DNA of 64,000 nt from Patescibacteria group bacterium (GTDB lineage: Bacteria; Patescibacteriota; Patescibacteriia; UBA9934), in NCBI GenBank assembly GCA_041659765.1, contig JBAZXR010000001.1, forward strand, positions 467,338 through 531,337, read 5' to 3'. Made by a program: the position numbers and the translations under genes. Position 1 is the first letter of the stretch; every line of letters starts with the position of its first letter. Below, piece by piece: positions 9,924 to 19,957 of the stretch. A model generated the notes under the pieces. It saw nothing but the letters and a program-made list of their open reading frames with translations, ran no database searches and was not told the origin of the DNA.

Positions 9924-12047
9924 TTAGTAATCTCCCAAAAAACTAGTCGGCATTTTCTTTTGGACACGCTCGCCGTTATTGTCGAGAACGATTGTGGGCT
10001 CGTCGTCATACACGTTCGCGGAAGGCTGACGAGGAGTAGTCGAACGATACGCAGTCGACGCGCCCCAGGAAGGGATGCTGGTTTTAAGGCGGATTTCTTC
10101 GATGAGTTCTTTGGGGATTTCGTCGAGGAATTGAGACGGCTGGCGAATCTCAACGGATTCATAGCCGGTTGTTACTGGGTATGTGAAATAGAGATTTCGG
10201 CGGGCGCGGGTTGCAGCTACATAAAAGAGTCGTCGCTCCTCGGCCATGCCGTTCTCCTCGCTATACGCCCGCGAGTGTGGGAATGCTCCTTCGGCGAGGT
10301 GAATGATAAAGACGCTGTCCCATTCGAGTCCCTTTGCTTGGTGAATGGTCGAAAGAATCAATTTGTCTCCCCCGTCTTCTTCCCTCGGTTTTTCAGGATC
10401 TTGCAACGTCACGCCAAAGTCGCCGGTAAGTGTTACCGCGTCCAAGAAGTCACCCAGCTTCTCGTACTGCTCGGCGAACAAGCCGAACTGCTCAAGATCC
10501 TCCTGCCTATCACGAGCATTTTGATATTCGGCTTCTAAGTATTGTTTGTAGACATCACTCGACGCAAAAGCACGCAACATTCCGGCGGGCGAAGATTCAG
10601 CCAACATGGCGCCGAAAATCTGCACGCACTTCTGCCAGCCGAGTGCAGCTTTGGCGCCAAGCGGAGGAAAGCTGACGATCGCTGACTGCGCGTCCGGCAA
10701 CTCGCCCAAGTAGTTAGCGGCCTTGCTCGCCGTCACGAGACCCATGCCTGGGTGAATCTGAAGCGCCCGCATCCAAGCCATGCCGTCTTTTACATTTCGG
10801 ATTACTCGAAGGTGAGCAATGGCGTCCTTCACATGCGCGCGCTCGAAGAACTTTAGTCCCCCGCGATATTCATAGGGAATATTCCGCCGCATGAGTTCAA
10901 ATTCCAATGACTGCGAGTGAAACGCGGCTCTAAATAGCACAGCGATGCTTCTCATTGGCGCGCCTTCGTCGATCAACTCAAAAATCTGCTCGGTGACATA
11001 TTGTGCCTCCTGCCTTTCGTCTGTCGCCGGGACAAGAGACGGCTTGTCACCGTGCGCGACGACGGCCGTCAGATCCTTCGAAAACTGTTCCTTGTTATTC
11101 TTAATAACAGCGTTCGCAACAGCCAGAATTTCCGGCGTCGATCGGTAGTTCGTGACTAATCGAAACACCTGCGCGTTCTCGTACCGCTTCGGGAAGTCGA
11201 GAATGTTTTTGATCTCGGCAGCTCGAAAAGAATAGATGCTCTGCGCGTCATCACCAACGACTAATAAGTTCCCATTCACGCTCGACAACAAGTGAACGAT
11301 CTCGGCCTGGATCATGTTTGTATCCTGGAACTCGTCGACCAAAACATAAGCGAACTTGTTACCGAGTTTCTGTCGAAGATCGTCGTCGCGTTGCAGGAGT
11401 TCGAGGAGCTTTACGAGGAGATCGTCAAAATCCATGGCCTTCTGGCGCTCTTTTTCTTTGCCGTACATGTCGATCACGGCCAGAATGTCGTCCTTAAAAC
11501 CTACAAGTGCGGGATGCTTCCACTCGATGACCTCATCAGCAGACTTGCGCGCGTTGACCGCATAGGAACCGATCGACCGGCACACCGACGGCGACGGAAA
11601 CCGCTCCCCCGTAATCTTCACGTGTCGCTCTTTAATACAAAGCTTCATCATGTCATTCGCGTCCTCTTCGTCCAAAATCGAAAAGTCTCGACCAAAAACT
11701 GTCCGGTCGCCGTACATGCGCAAAAGTCTGTTCGCGATCGAGTGAAATGTGCCAGCCCATAACCCTTGCGGGAATACCTTAAGCAAGGCTTCCGAGCGCG
11801 TCATCATTTCCTTGGCGGCCTTATTAGTAAACGTCAAAAGCAAAATACGATCAGGCGGTACGCCATGTTCGAGCAACCATGCCACGCGATACGTGACTGT
11901 TCGCGTCTTGCCAGAACCCGCACCAGCGAGCACCAAGCATGGCCCATCACCGTTCTCAACAACTGCGTACTGTTCATCGTTTAATTCGGCTTTATAGTTT
12001 ATGTTTAAATGGACCTGACCGCCGCCGGAGAGTACGAATTCCTTCAT
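9924..12047 (-). CDS. UvrD/PcrA-family ATP-dependent DNA helicase
   Basis: LAGAGSGKT, VDEFQD, VGDDAQSIYSFR, NYRS, STIHQAKGLEW, EERRLFYVAATRA. Confidence 0.95.
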   Translation of the reverse strand: MKEFVLSGGGQVHLNINYKAELNDEQYAVVENGDGPCLVLAGAGSGKTRTVTYRVAWLLEHGVPPDRILLLTFTNKAAKEMMTRSEALLKVFPQGLWAGTFHSIANRLLRMYGDRTVFGRDFSILDEEDANDMMKLCIKERHVKITGERFPSPSVCRSIGSYAVNARKSADEVIEWKHPALVGFKDDILAVIDMYGKEKERQKAMDFDDLLVKLLELLQRDDDLRQKLGNKFAYVLVDEFQDTNMIQAEIVHLLSSVNGNLLVVGDDAQSIYSFRAAEIKNILDFPKRYENAQVFRLVTNYRSTPEILAVANAVIKNNKEQFSKDLTAVVAHGDKPSLVPATDERQEAQYVTEQIFELIDEGAPMRSIAVLFRAAFHSQSLEFELMRRNIPYEYRGGLKFFERAHVKDAIAHLRVIRNVKDGMAWMRALQIHPGMGLVTASKAANYLGELPDAQSAIVSFPPLGAKAALGWQKCVQIFGAMLAESSPAGMLRAFASSDVYKQYLEAEYQNARDRQEDLEQFGLFAEQYEKLGDFLDAVTLTGDFGVTLQDPEKPREEDGGDKLILSTIHQAKGLEWDSVFIIHLAEGAFPHSRAYSEENGMAEERRLFYVAATRARRNLYFTYPVTTGYESVEIRQPSQFLDEIPKELIEEIRLKTSIPSWGASTAYRSTTPRQPSANVYDDEPTIVLDNNGERVQKKMPTSFLGDY

Positions 12048-12120
12048 AGATGCGCCCAGATTAACATAAATAAAAAGACGAAGCCATGCGGCTCCGTCTC
12101 TTTAAAACTATATCTGCCAA

Positions 12121-12603
12121 TTATCGGCTGAGTGAGATAGGTGCATTTTCTGGGTCACAAGCACCCGCAGTCAGCGTACCGGAAGCATTCCTGATCAAAT
12201 AGTAATCAGTCTTGGTGGCGGCGCCGCTGGTTGGGTCCATCGGGACGCTGCCGAGGTAGCCAGCTGTTTGCAAGGCTGTAAGATCTGCACAAGCAGCGGC
12301 CGTGGTCTGAGCCGTACAACCTGTGTCACAACCGATAGCATCAGTTCCAATCACGTAAGCCGTTCCCGCAGTCATCGCGGCAACCGAAGCTATATAGGCA
12401 CCGCCGTTATCAACCTGCGCCGTCTTCAGCGCAGCCACGATGTTTGTAACATCACTTGAACGACGTGAATCGCGGGCATCGGCGAAACGCTTAGCTGGGT
12501 TAAGAGCTACGAAAACTGCAGCGGCCAGCACCACGATAATAGCGATTACAATCAATAACTCAATAAGAGTGAATCCTTTTCTCTCCCGCTGCACGCTCTT
12601 CAT
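12121..12603 (-). CDS. Type IV pilin (major pilin-like)
   Basis: KG|FTLIELLIVIAII class III signal; ARDSRR helix; VPMDP; Cys residues. Confidence 0.92.
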   Translation of the reverse strand: MKSVQRERKGFTLIELLIVIAIIVVLAAAVFVALNPAKRFADARDSRRSSDVTNIVAALKTAQVDNGGAYIASVAAMTAGTAYVIGTDAIGCDTGCTAQTTAAACADLTALQTAGYLGSVPMDPTSGAATKTDYYLIRNASGTLTAGACDPENAPISLSR

Positions 12604-12740
12604 AAAAATTGATTCGTTTAAGAATAAACATATTATAATCTATTTTTACCGGTATCAGGCGCAGCTGCTGTTTAATGTGCATAACCTCATGCACACCCGC
12701 CCTCACCAAAAGCCAGTCTAGCAACTATAATGATACGTAT

Positions 12741-14045
12741 ATGGCCACCGAAAAAAAACCTAAAATCATCAAATTAATCACCAAGGGGCCTAAAACAACG
12801 AATGGCAACCTTCCATCAAAAAAAGACGTTGAAGATCTCATTGCCAAAGCAATTGCCGGTACTACATCAGATGCAGCCGTTAGGCTCTTTGAGATGATCA
12901 TGATCTTTGCTCATGCTGCCCGCGCCTCAGACGTTCATCTTGAACCGTGGAAGGATCACGCTATTATCCGCATTAGAATAGACGGCATTCTTCATGATGA
13001 ATTCACTCTGGATACCGATCTCCATACCCAGTTAGTAGCCCGTATAAAGATTCTAACCCGGATGCGAACCGACGAGCATCATGGCCCGCAAGATGGAAGA
13101 TTTAAATTTACTTCTCCGCTCGGAGACGTGGATGTTCGCGTCTCAATTCTGCCCGATTCCTTTGGCGAAAAAGGGGTTTTACGCCTCCTCTCCAGCCAAT
13201 CGCATCAATTAACGCTTGAACAGCTTGGTTTTTGTGAAGAAGATTTGGCTCGTATCACTAGAGCCATAAAAAAACCTTGGGGCATGATTCTAGCCACCGG
13301 TCCAACGGGCAGCGGAAAAACTACGAGTATTTACGCGATTCTTGAAGTAATTAACAGGCGAGAAGTAAATATCGCCACCATTGAGGATCCAGTTGAATTT
13401 GAAATCCCCGGAGTCAATCAAAGCCAGGTTGATCACGTGGCTAAACTGACATTTGCTACCGGCCTACGAGCGCTATTGCGACAAGATCCGGATGTTATCA
13501 TGGTCGGAGAAATTAGAGACGAGGAAACTGCAAAAATTGCGGTCAATGCGGCCCTGACCGGACACAAACTCCTATCCACTCTCCACACCAATAACGCCGC
13601 CACCAGCATTCCGCGGCTTATCGATATGGGCGTTGAGCCTTTTCTTATCTCGTCTACATTTATCTGCGCCATCGCCCAAAGACTGGTTAGACGCGTCTGC
13701 AAAGATTGCGTAGAAACACAAAACTTGGGAATTGCTGAAGGAAGTAAAATGTTGCACAAACAAACAGCCGATGCTCTTTTCAAAGATAGGAAGACCATCG
13801 AAATCGCCAAAGCTAAGGGCTGCACAAAATGCAACGATACCGGGTATAAAGGGCGAATCGGTATTTATGAGGTACTAGAAAACTCCGTCGCCATTCAAAG
13901 CCTCATCAATAAGCGGGCAACGAGTGATGAAATTCAAGAGGTAGCAAAAAAAGAAGGCATGACCACTATCATGGAGGATGGCGTGCGAAAAGTCCTAACC
14001 AAGGAGACCACGATAGAAGAACTTAGTCGCGTCATGGAAGAGTAA
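12741..14045 (+). CDS. PilB/GspE-type pilus assembly ATPase (short N-terminus)
   Basis: ASDVHLEP, PQDGR, GPTGSGKTT, TIEDPVE, LRQDPDVIMVGEIRD, STLHTN, two CxxC; start after TATAAT. Confidence 0.93.
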   Translation: MATEKKPKIIKLITKGPKTTNGNLPSKKDVEDLIAKAIAGTTSDAAVRLFEMIMIFAHAARASDVHLEPWKDHAIIRIRIDGILHDEFTLDTDLHTQLVARIKILTRMRTDEHHGPQDGRFKFTSPLGDVDVRVSILPDSFGEKGVLRLLSSQSHQLTLEQLGFCEEDLARITRAIKKPWGMILATGPTGSGKTTSIYAILEVINRREVNIATIEDPVEFEIPGVNQSQVDHVAKLTFATGLRALLRQDPDVIMVGEIRDEETAKIAVNAALTGHKLLSTLHTNNAATSIPRLIDMGVEPFLISSTFICAIAQRLVRRVCKDCVETQNLGIAEGSKMLHKQTADALFKDRKTIEIAKAKGCTKCNDTGYKGRIGIYEVLENSVAIQSLINKRATSDEIQEVAKKEGMTTIMEDGVRKVLTKETTIEELSRVMEE

Positions 14046-14048
14046 GGT

Positions 14049-15131
14049 ATGAACAGCAAAAAAAAATCTGGAGTGAGTCTTTACACTAAACTCTCAGTTC
14101 AGCTGTCGCTGACTGAGCAGCTTCTGCTGACTAAATATTTAGCTGTGCTGCTCAAATCTGGACTACCGATTGATGATGCGATTGAAATTCTTTCGAACCA
14201 GTCAAAAGGCTCCTTAAAAACGATCTTAACCAGCCTCAGGGAATCTGTTAGAAGCGGCAACACACTGGCTGACGGCCTGGAAAAATTTCCTCATGTTTTC
14301 TCCACGACCTTCATAAACCTGATTCGAGCCGGCGAAAACTCAGGAACGCTCCAGGGAAATCTTCAGCAACTAGCTGATCAGATGCAAAAAGAACACGACC
14401 TGCGGGTAAAAATCCGGAGTGCCATGATGTATCCGTCCATTGTTTTCATGAGCGCTATCACTATCTGTACTGGAATTGTTGTCTTTGTCCTGCCGAATAT
14501 TACCGCGCTCTTCAAATCTCTTGATGTTCCGTTGCCTTGGACTACCAAAGTTCTCCTCTGGATTGCCTTCGTAGTCCAACATTATGGAATTTTGATTGCC
14601 ACGGTTACAATCGCGTCAATCGTCATATTCATGTTTATTCGTAATTTATCTTTCGTAAAACCAATAACGCATTTCTTAACCCTCCGTGCGCCAGTTTTAG
14701 GAAAAATCGTCAGAAATACTAATCTAGCCAGAATCATGCGACTGCTCGGCACCCTTCTTAACACCGGTATGGCGCTTGACGAAGCCCTGCCGGTAACCGT
14801 TTCTGTAATTAAAAACCACTACTACAAACGCCTCTTTACTAAAATGGAAACTACTGTTTCCGAAGGAAATACTATTACCGTAGCTCTCGCCTCGAATAAT
14901 TATCTTGTTCCGCCCATCGCCCTGCGACTAATCAGAGTCGGCGAGGAAACTGGCACCCTAGGAGAAATGCTCATCTACCTAGCTAATTTTTATGAACAAG
15001 AAATTGATGAAGCGACAAAAAACGTCACCACGCTCATTGAACCAATCATGATTGTCGGGATCGGACTCATGGTTGCCTTGCTGGCCTTCTCTATCATCTC
15101 GCCTATTTACCAAGTAGTCGGCTCTATCTAA
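14049..15131 (+). CDS. PilC/GspF platform protein
   Basis: LLKSGLP, AGENSGTL, SAMMYP, VGEETGTL, LIEPIMI. Confidence 0.93.
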   Translation: MNSKKKSGVSLYTKLSVQLSLTEQLLLTKYLAVLLKSGLPIDDAIEILSNQSKGSLKTILTSLRESVRSGNTLADGLEKFPHVFSTTFINLIRAGENSGTLQGNLQQLADQMQKEHDLRVKIRSAMMYPSIVFMSAITICTGIVVFVLPNITALFKSLDVPLPWTTKVLLWIAFVVQHYGILIATVTIASIVIFMFIRNLSFVKPITHFLTLRAPVLGKIVRNTNLARIMRLLGTLLNTGMALDEALPVTVSVIKNHYYKRLFTKMETTVSEGNTITVALASNNYLVPPIALRLIRVGEETGTLGEMLIYLANFYEQEIDEATKNVTTLIEPIMIVGIGLMVALLAFSIISPIYQVVGSI

Positions 15132-15132
15132 C

Positions 15133-15627
15133 GTGAACAATCCAAAAGGCTTCACATTTCTAGAGATCATCATCACCCTCGGGGTCTTCGGGATTCTTTT
15201 TTCAATCTCCGGAATAGCCTTAACAAAATTTCAACAATCCGTAGCCTCAAGTGCCAGCGACCGCGAGATCCTCCATATTCTATCAACCGCCGCCCGTAAA
15301 GCCCGCCACGGCCAAGGGGGCGCTCCTTGGGGGGTTTATATTCCCTACAGTGAAAGCACGAGAGCAACAACGACCGTCACGGTCTTTTGCGGAGCCACCT
15401 ACGCCACCAGAGATATAACCTGTGACGACGTCTACACGGTTAGCAACAATATCCATTTTTTGGCCGTAGATTTTAGTGGAGCAGCTCCAGACACTACAAA
15501 TGATCATGAAATAGTTTTTAACCCGCTCTCTGGGTCTACCGCCCAATACGGCTCAATCTCACTTGGCTGGTATAACACTACTCGCTCGTTGTCCATTAGT
15601 CCGGACGGCTTTGTAAATAGGCAATAA
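15133..15627 (+). CDS. Minor pilin/pseudopilin
   Basis: KG|FTFLEIIITLGV prepilin motif. Confidence 0.85.
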   Translation: MNNPKGFTFLEIIITLGVFGILFSISGIALTKFQQSVASSASDREILHILSTAARKARHGQGGAPWGVYIPYSESTRATTTVTVFCGATYATRDITCDDVYTVSNNIHFLAVDFSGAAPDTTNDHEIVFNPLSGSTAQYGSISLGWYNTTRSLSISPDGFVNRQ

Positions 15628-15630
15628 TCT

Positions 15631-16512
15631 ATGCGTAACTCCAGACGTTCTATTCAAAGAGGCTCATTGCTTCTTGAAGCCATCGTGGCAATTGGCGCCA
15701 CCGCATCTTTCATGACGGCGTTGATCGGTTTTGTAGTTGTCGCCAACCGTGGCAGTGACCGAGCCCAAGAAATCCAACAGTCGTTATGGAATACAAATGA
15801 AGGCGCCGAAGCGCTTAGAACCATCTCCTTCGCCAGCCTAACAGATACGCTAACCGGCGCCCTGACCTTCGTAGCTCCCGCCTGGGCATTAGCCACTAAC
15901 GGACCGCAAACCTTAGCCGATGGTTCAACTCGAATAGTTAAAATATACCCAGTCTACAGAGATGCGTCCTGTAATGTGGTGGTCTCTGGAGGCACTGCTG
16001 ATCCAGATAGCAAAAAAATTATTAGCGAAACTAGCTGGATCGATACCGCTGGCAGAACCCATACCACCTCAACCACTACGCTGCGCACAAACTGGCTAAA
16101 CCCGACTGGCACTTGTTTTGCCCCTAGACAGGCTGGACAGGTCAGCTTCGCCGTTAATGCAGCCCAATTCTATGGAGGCAAACAGCTTAGAGAACTTTAT
16201 TTCACCAACACCGGTGGAACGAGCGTGACAATCGATAAAATAACCTTCACCTGGAGCAACGGTTCTGAATTCGATCAATTGTTCATCGATAACTCAAAAG
16301 TCTGGTCAACCTCTGGTCCGGGTACGCCCACGGGAGTCGATGTTTATTCAGGAACCACGCTCGACATCCAAAATTTCACCATGGCGCCAGGACAAACTTC
16401 GCAAATCACCAAGGGACAATTTGAAGATCTAATGTCGGGTGCTTCAATGACCATGTCCGTAACCTTTGCCGACGGCTCGGTCTTCACTTCAGGTTCGTTC
16501 AATCCCCTTTAG
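15631..16512 (+). CDS. Minor pilin with extra C-terminal beta-sandwich domain
   Basis: RG|SLLLEAIVAIG; EGAEALR; LRTNW end of pilin domain then ~130-aa beta-rich domain. Confidence 0.8.
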   Translation: MRNSRRSIQRGSLLLEAIVAIGATASFMTALIGFVVVANRGSDRAQEIQQSLWNTNEGAEALRTISFASLTDTLTGALTFVAPAWALATNGPQTLADGSTRIVKIYPVYRDASCNVVVSGGTADPDSKKIISETSWIDTAGRTHTTSTTTLRTNWLNPTGTCFAPRQAGQVSFAVNAAQFYGGKQLRELYFTNTGGTSVTIDKITFTWSNGSEFDQLFIDNSKVWSTSGPGTPTGVDVYSGTTLDIQNFTMAPGQTSQITKGQFEDLMSGASMTMSVTFADGSVFTSGSFNPL

Positions 16513-16513
16513 T

Positions 16514-17065
16514 ATGAACAACAAAGGCACAACTCTGCTTGAGACCGTTCTCTACATTGGCATCGTGATGATCGTCTTGCCGACCTTCGTAATGTTTCTA
16601 ATAAACCTGTGGCAGACTTACACCTTGCTTGATGCTCGTTCTAGAATAGAACAAACTGCCTCAGTAGTGTTTTTGGAACTACAAAACTCACTCACTGAGG
16701 CTGATGCAATTAGCATTAGTACCTCTACCCTGGCAAATGACAGCGGAGTTTTAAAATTTCTTGATGCCACGGGACAACTAGTAACCATTGACCGACCAAC
16801 CGTAGCGGTGACCTTAGTTGGAGCACCGCAAAATGTACGGAGATTACGGATGCAAAAAGGCACAAACCCAGCAACCTATCTGACAGATCCGGAGATAGAC
16901 GTGACCCAATGGCGCATAGAGGCAATTCGGACCGACGCGACCCTATCCGGTCTAAGAATAAGTTACGATATGGCCATGCTGAATCCCGGGATCGGCGCCT
17001 ATCGTCATTCCGCCTTCTCGGCTGATACTACCTTTGCTCTCTCCGGACACACTATAGAAAATTAA
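16514..17065 (+). CDS. Minor pilin/pseudopilin
   Basis: KG|TTLLETVLYIGI; start MNNKG. Confidence 0.85.
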   Translation: MNNKGTTLLETVLYIGIVMIVLPTFVMFLINLWQTYTLLDARSRIEQTASVVFLELQNSLTEADAISISTSTLANDSGVLKFLDATGQLVTIDRPTVAVTLVGAPQNVRRLRMQKGTNPATYLTDPEIDVTQWRIEAIRTDATLSGLRISYDMAMLNPGIGAYRHSAFSADTTFALSGHTIEN

Positions 17066-17066
17066 T

Positions 17067-17450
17067 ATGCTCGTCCGCTCGCCCAAAGGTGTCGTCCTTC
17101 TCTACACCATGCTAGTCATGGGCTCTGCTAGCCTATTGGCCCTCACTATCCTTGCTCATGGAAGCATGGGTGGGTTCATTGACGCTAACCATGAGGTGGC
17201 CACGCTCCAGGTCAGATCATCCGTCATGGGCTGTACTGACGAATTTATTATTCAGCTCAAAAAAAATAGTGGCTACGCACCGGCTACTATTCCAGTTGGA
17301 ACCGCAACCTGTACGCTCACCGTAACCGCCAACGGAACTACTCGTTCGGGCCTAATCAAGCTCACTCAAAATAACATCACCCGCGGGGTGCGTGTAGACA
17401 TGGAGACGAGTCCTTTTTCCGTCACTCAAGTAACTGAAACCTTACAATAA
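17067..17450 (+). CDS. PilX/GspK-like minor pilin lacking Glu5
   Basis: KG|VVLLYTMLV hydrophobic N-terminus; last gene of pilin cluster. Confidence 0.7.
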   Translation: MLVRSPKGVVLLYTMLVMGSASLLALTILAHGSMGGFIDANHEVATLQVRSSVMGCTDEFIIQLKKNSGYAPATIPVGTATCTLTVTANGTTRSGLIKLTQNNITRGVRVDMETSPFSVTQVTETLQ

Positions 17451-17460
17451 TTTTTTCAAT

Positions 17461-18489
17461 CTACCTGAGATACTTCGCCTTATTTTGAATATGCTGTTCA
17501 AACGTCTCGGCGTAGTACACATTCCCTAAATCATCAGTCAAGAAATACAGGTAGCCGTTAGTCGCCGGATGAATAACGGCTGTCAGCGCATTCATCCCTG
17601 GATTGCTAATGGGGCCCGGAGGCAGGCCAGGATTCTTGTACGTGTTATAAGGCGAAACGGTGTCACGCTCGTTTAATGAGATGGACGGATCCTTGCCACC
17701 GGTCACATAATTTACTGTGGAGTCTGCCTGCAGAGCCATGCCGATAGACAGGCGCTTCAAGAAAATATCCGCCACGTTTTTCATTTCTGAGGGCTTCCGC
17801 ACTTCGCGCTCAACAATTGAAGCCAGAGTCAAAATTTCGTGCATGGTCATACCCTTAGCGTCCCCAGTGGGTTCGTCTAGTCCATCCACCTTTTCTTCCA
17901 TGGTGTCGATCAGCTTCTGCACTACGTCGTCAGCGGTTGCGTCGGCAAAAAACCGATATGTATCAGGAAAAAGATAGCCTTCAAGATCAACGTCGTCCGG
18001 CTTCTGGGCGCGCACCACGAATGGATGCGTTTCGAACTTCGAATATTGCCCCGTGGCCTTTGACCAATCCTCGGCAGAAATTTTGAACTTAGTCTGTACC
18101 AGCTCGCCCATCTGCTTGAGGGTCAAGCCTTCGGGGAACGTGATTGAGATATCCGTGACCTCGCTCGTAGTCAGATGCGCTAAAATATCTGCGTAGCTCT
18201 GGCCAGGGGTAAATGAATAAACACCAGTTTGTACGTCATCAGTCAGCCCGGCAAACTCTGCCGCTACGCGAAACCAAAGTGCATTCGCAATAATGCCACG
18301 CTCTTTAAGCAACGTAGCGTAATTCGAGAAGGAACCGCCCGGTGAAACCGTAAAGGAAATTGCCGGAGTACCCGCTTTTGGCGTTTGAAAAAAAATGTGG
18401 TTGATTTGATTTACGGCCACTACCAAGCAAACCAGCCCGATCGCAGCAGCAAGAATAAGCGCACGGACAAGAAGACGAAGAATATTCAT
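17461..18489 (-). CDS. mltG: Endolytic transglycosylase MltG
   Basis: FPEG, LEGYLFPDTY, LASIVERE, LQADST, SPYNTY, GLPPGPISNPG. Confidence 0.95.
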   Translation of the reverse strand: MNILRLLVRALILAAAIGLVCLVVAVNQINHIFFQTPKAGTPAISFTVSPGGSFSNYATLLKERGIIANALWFRVAAEFAGLTDDVQTGVYSFTPGQSYADILAHLTTSEVTDISITFPEGLTLKQMGELVQTKFKISAEDWSKATGQYSKFETHPFVVRAQKPDDVDLEGYLFPDTYRFFADATADDVVQKLIDTMEEKVDGLDEPTGDAKGMTMHEILTLASIVEREVRKPSEMKNVADIFLKRLSIGMALQADSTVNYVTGGKDPSISLNERDTVSPYNTYKNPGLPPGPISNPGMNALTAVIHPATNGYLYFLTDDLGNVYYAETFEQHIQNKAKYLR

Positions 18490-18493
18490 AGGT

Positions 18494-19234
18494 TTACAAT
18501 GCCCTATTTTTCAAAAAATCCTCAACCCGTGCGAGTCTCTCGTGCGTCCCGGAATCAAACCAAGGTTCTGTACCGTGATAGAAGCCGAGTGTGCGGCCGG
18601 ATTTCGACAAAGCTGGCCAAACATGTGTTTCGTGAGAAAGCGGCATCTCATCTGGCGCGATGTCGAGCACGTCCGGCGTCATAATATACCAGCCAGAAGA
18701 AACGAACACGGAGGGCGACGCAGCACGCAACGGCTCGGCGAGGCTTCTATCAACGTACGCATTGAGCTTAGTCTTATCGGTATTCGTATCGAGAATCTCG
18801 TAGTTGTTGGCCGTCTCGCTCGGAATAGAAATACCGGCAATAGTCGCCGTGGCCCCAGTTTCCTCGTGACGTTTTAAAAAAGCCGAAACATCAATCCAAA
18901 AGAGATTATCCGCGTTGGCTACAATAAACTTTTCGTCGAGCTGAGATTTATCGACTAACTTCATCCAGCCGCCGGTGCCCATCATTTCTGGCTCGCGCAG
19001 GTATGTCAGCTCCAGGCCCATGGACGAACCGTCGCCGTAGGTTTCCTCAATGAGGTGGCCGAGATAGGCAGTCGAGATCGCCACGTTCGTAATGCCCGCA
19101 GCTTTCAAATGTTCAAGGACGTACGTCATCATTGGCTTGCCCAAAATTGGCACCAAGGGCTTAGGCATGGTGTCGGTCAGGGGGGCGAGACGCGTACCTC
19201 GACCGCCGGCAAGTAAGATGGCTTGAATGGGCAT
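18494..19234 (-). CDS. Sugar-phosphate nucleotidyltransferase
   Basis: ILLAGGRGTRLAPLT..PKPL, EPEMMGTGG, WFDSGT. Confidence 0.9.
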   Translation of the reverse strand: MPIQAILLAGGRGTRLAPLTDTMPKPLVPILGKPMMTYVLEHLKAAGITNVAISTAYLGHLIEETYGDGSSMGLELTYLREPEMMGTGGWMKLVDKSQLDEKFIVANADNLFWIDVSAFLKRHEETGATATIAGISIPSETANNYEILDTNTDKTKLNAYVDRSLAEPLRAASPSVFVSSGWYIMTPDVLDIAPDEMPLSHETHVWPALSKSGRTLGFYHGTEPWFDSGTHERLARVEDFLKNRAL

Positions 19235-19243
19235 AACGAAACG

Positions 19244-19309
19244 TAAAGTATTAAAGAATAAAGTGTTAAAGCCACTCAGAAACTTTAATACTTTAATCTT
19301 TACGCTTTA
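19244..19309. repeat. Inverted arrays of 7-8-nt repeats: (TAAAG)x4 facing (CTTTA)x4
   Basis: TAAAG at 19244/52/59/67 and CTTTA at 19283/91/98/305; 13-bp perfect IR TAAAGTATTAAAG/CTTTAATACTTTA. Confidence 0.8.
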
Positions 19310-19321
19310 TTCTTATAACAA

Positions 19322-19813
19322 TTAATACATTACCCCAAACCCAATCCCCAGGACAAACCCAACCAGTACATCGCCAAAGTAGTGCACGCCGACCACAATA
19401 CGCCCCAGGCCAATCAACATCTCGGCGATCACAAACAAAATAGCGAGAGAAACGAGGATCAAGGGATTTGGAAAATGTACTTGGAGCAAAATGACGGTCG
19501 CGACTGCTGCAGAAATGGTCGCATGCCCGCTCGGGAGGGAGTACGTGCGCCACCACATTTTGTAGCCGGTCTTCTCCTCAAACTTGGGCCGCGCGCGTCC
19601 CACAATCGCTTGCGTGCTGATGGTCAAAATCCAAGACGAAAAAGCGATCAGCGGCAACACCCACCAAGCTAACCAGCCAAGTAAGCCAAGCGCCACCCAC
19701 GCTATTACATAAACATTAATCAGCTGGACGGCAAAGAAATACCACAATTTATAGTGTGGCTTGCCCCAAGCTTCAATCCGTGTGCTGAGCGGTTTGTCTA
19801 AGTTGAAATCCAT
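19322..19813 (-). CDS. PAP2-family phosphatase (undecaprenyl-PP phosphatase-like)
   Basis: RARP, SLPSGH, RIVVGVHYFGDV. Confidence 0.92.
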   Translation of the reverse strand: MDFNLDKPLSTRIEAWGKPHYKLWYFFAVQLINVYVIAWVALGLLGWLAWWVLPLIAFSSWILTISTQAIVGRARPKFEEKTGYKMWWRTYSLPSGHATISAAVATVILLQVHFPNPLILVSLAILFVIAEMLIGLGRIVVGVHYFGDVLVGFVLGIGFGVMY

Positions 19814-19894
19814 GTCAGCAGAATATCATTTCTTCCCTCTTTTCAAAAGCCCTCGGGCGTAGCCCTAAGTACATCTATCAGTCCCTACGGGCGA

Positions 19895-19929
19895 GCCCCG
19901 CCGCCAGGGTATTGGCGACGGAGCGTTTT
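19895..19929. repeat. 35-bp terminator-like direct repeat, copy 1
   Basis: GCCCCGCCGCCAGG(G/A)TATTGGCGACGGAGCGTTTT, 34/35 identical to 20832-20866. Confidence 0.9.
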
Positions 19930-19957
19930 GAGCGATTAGAAAGTTTCCCTGTGGTCT

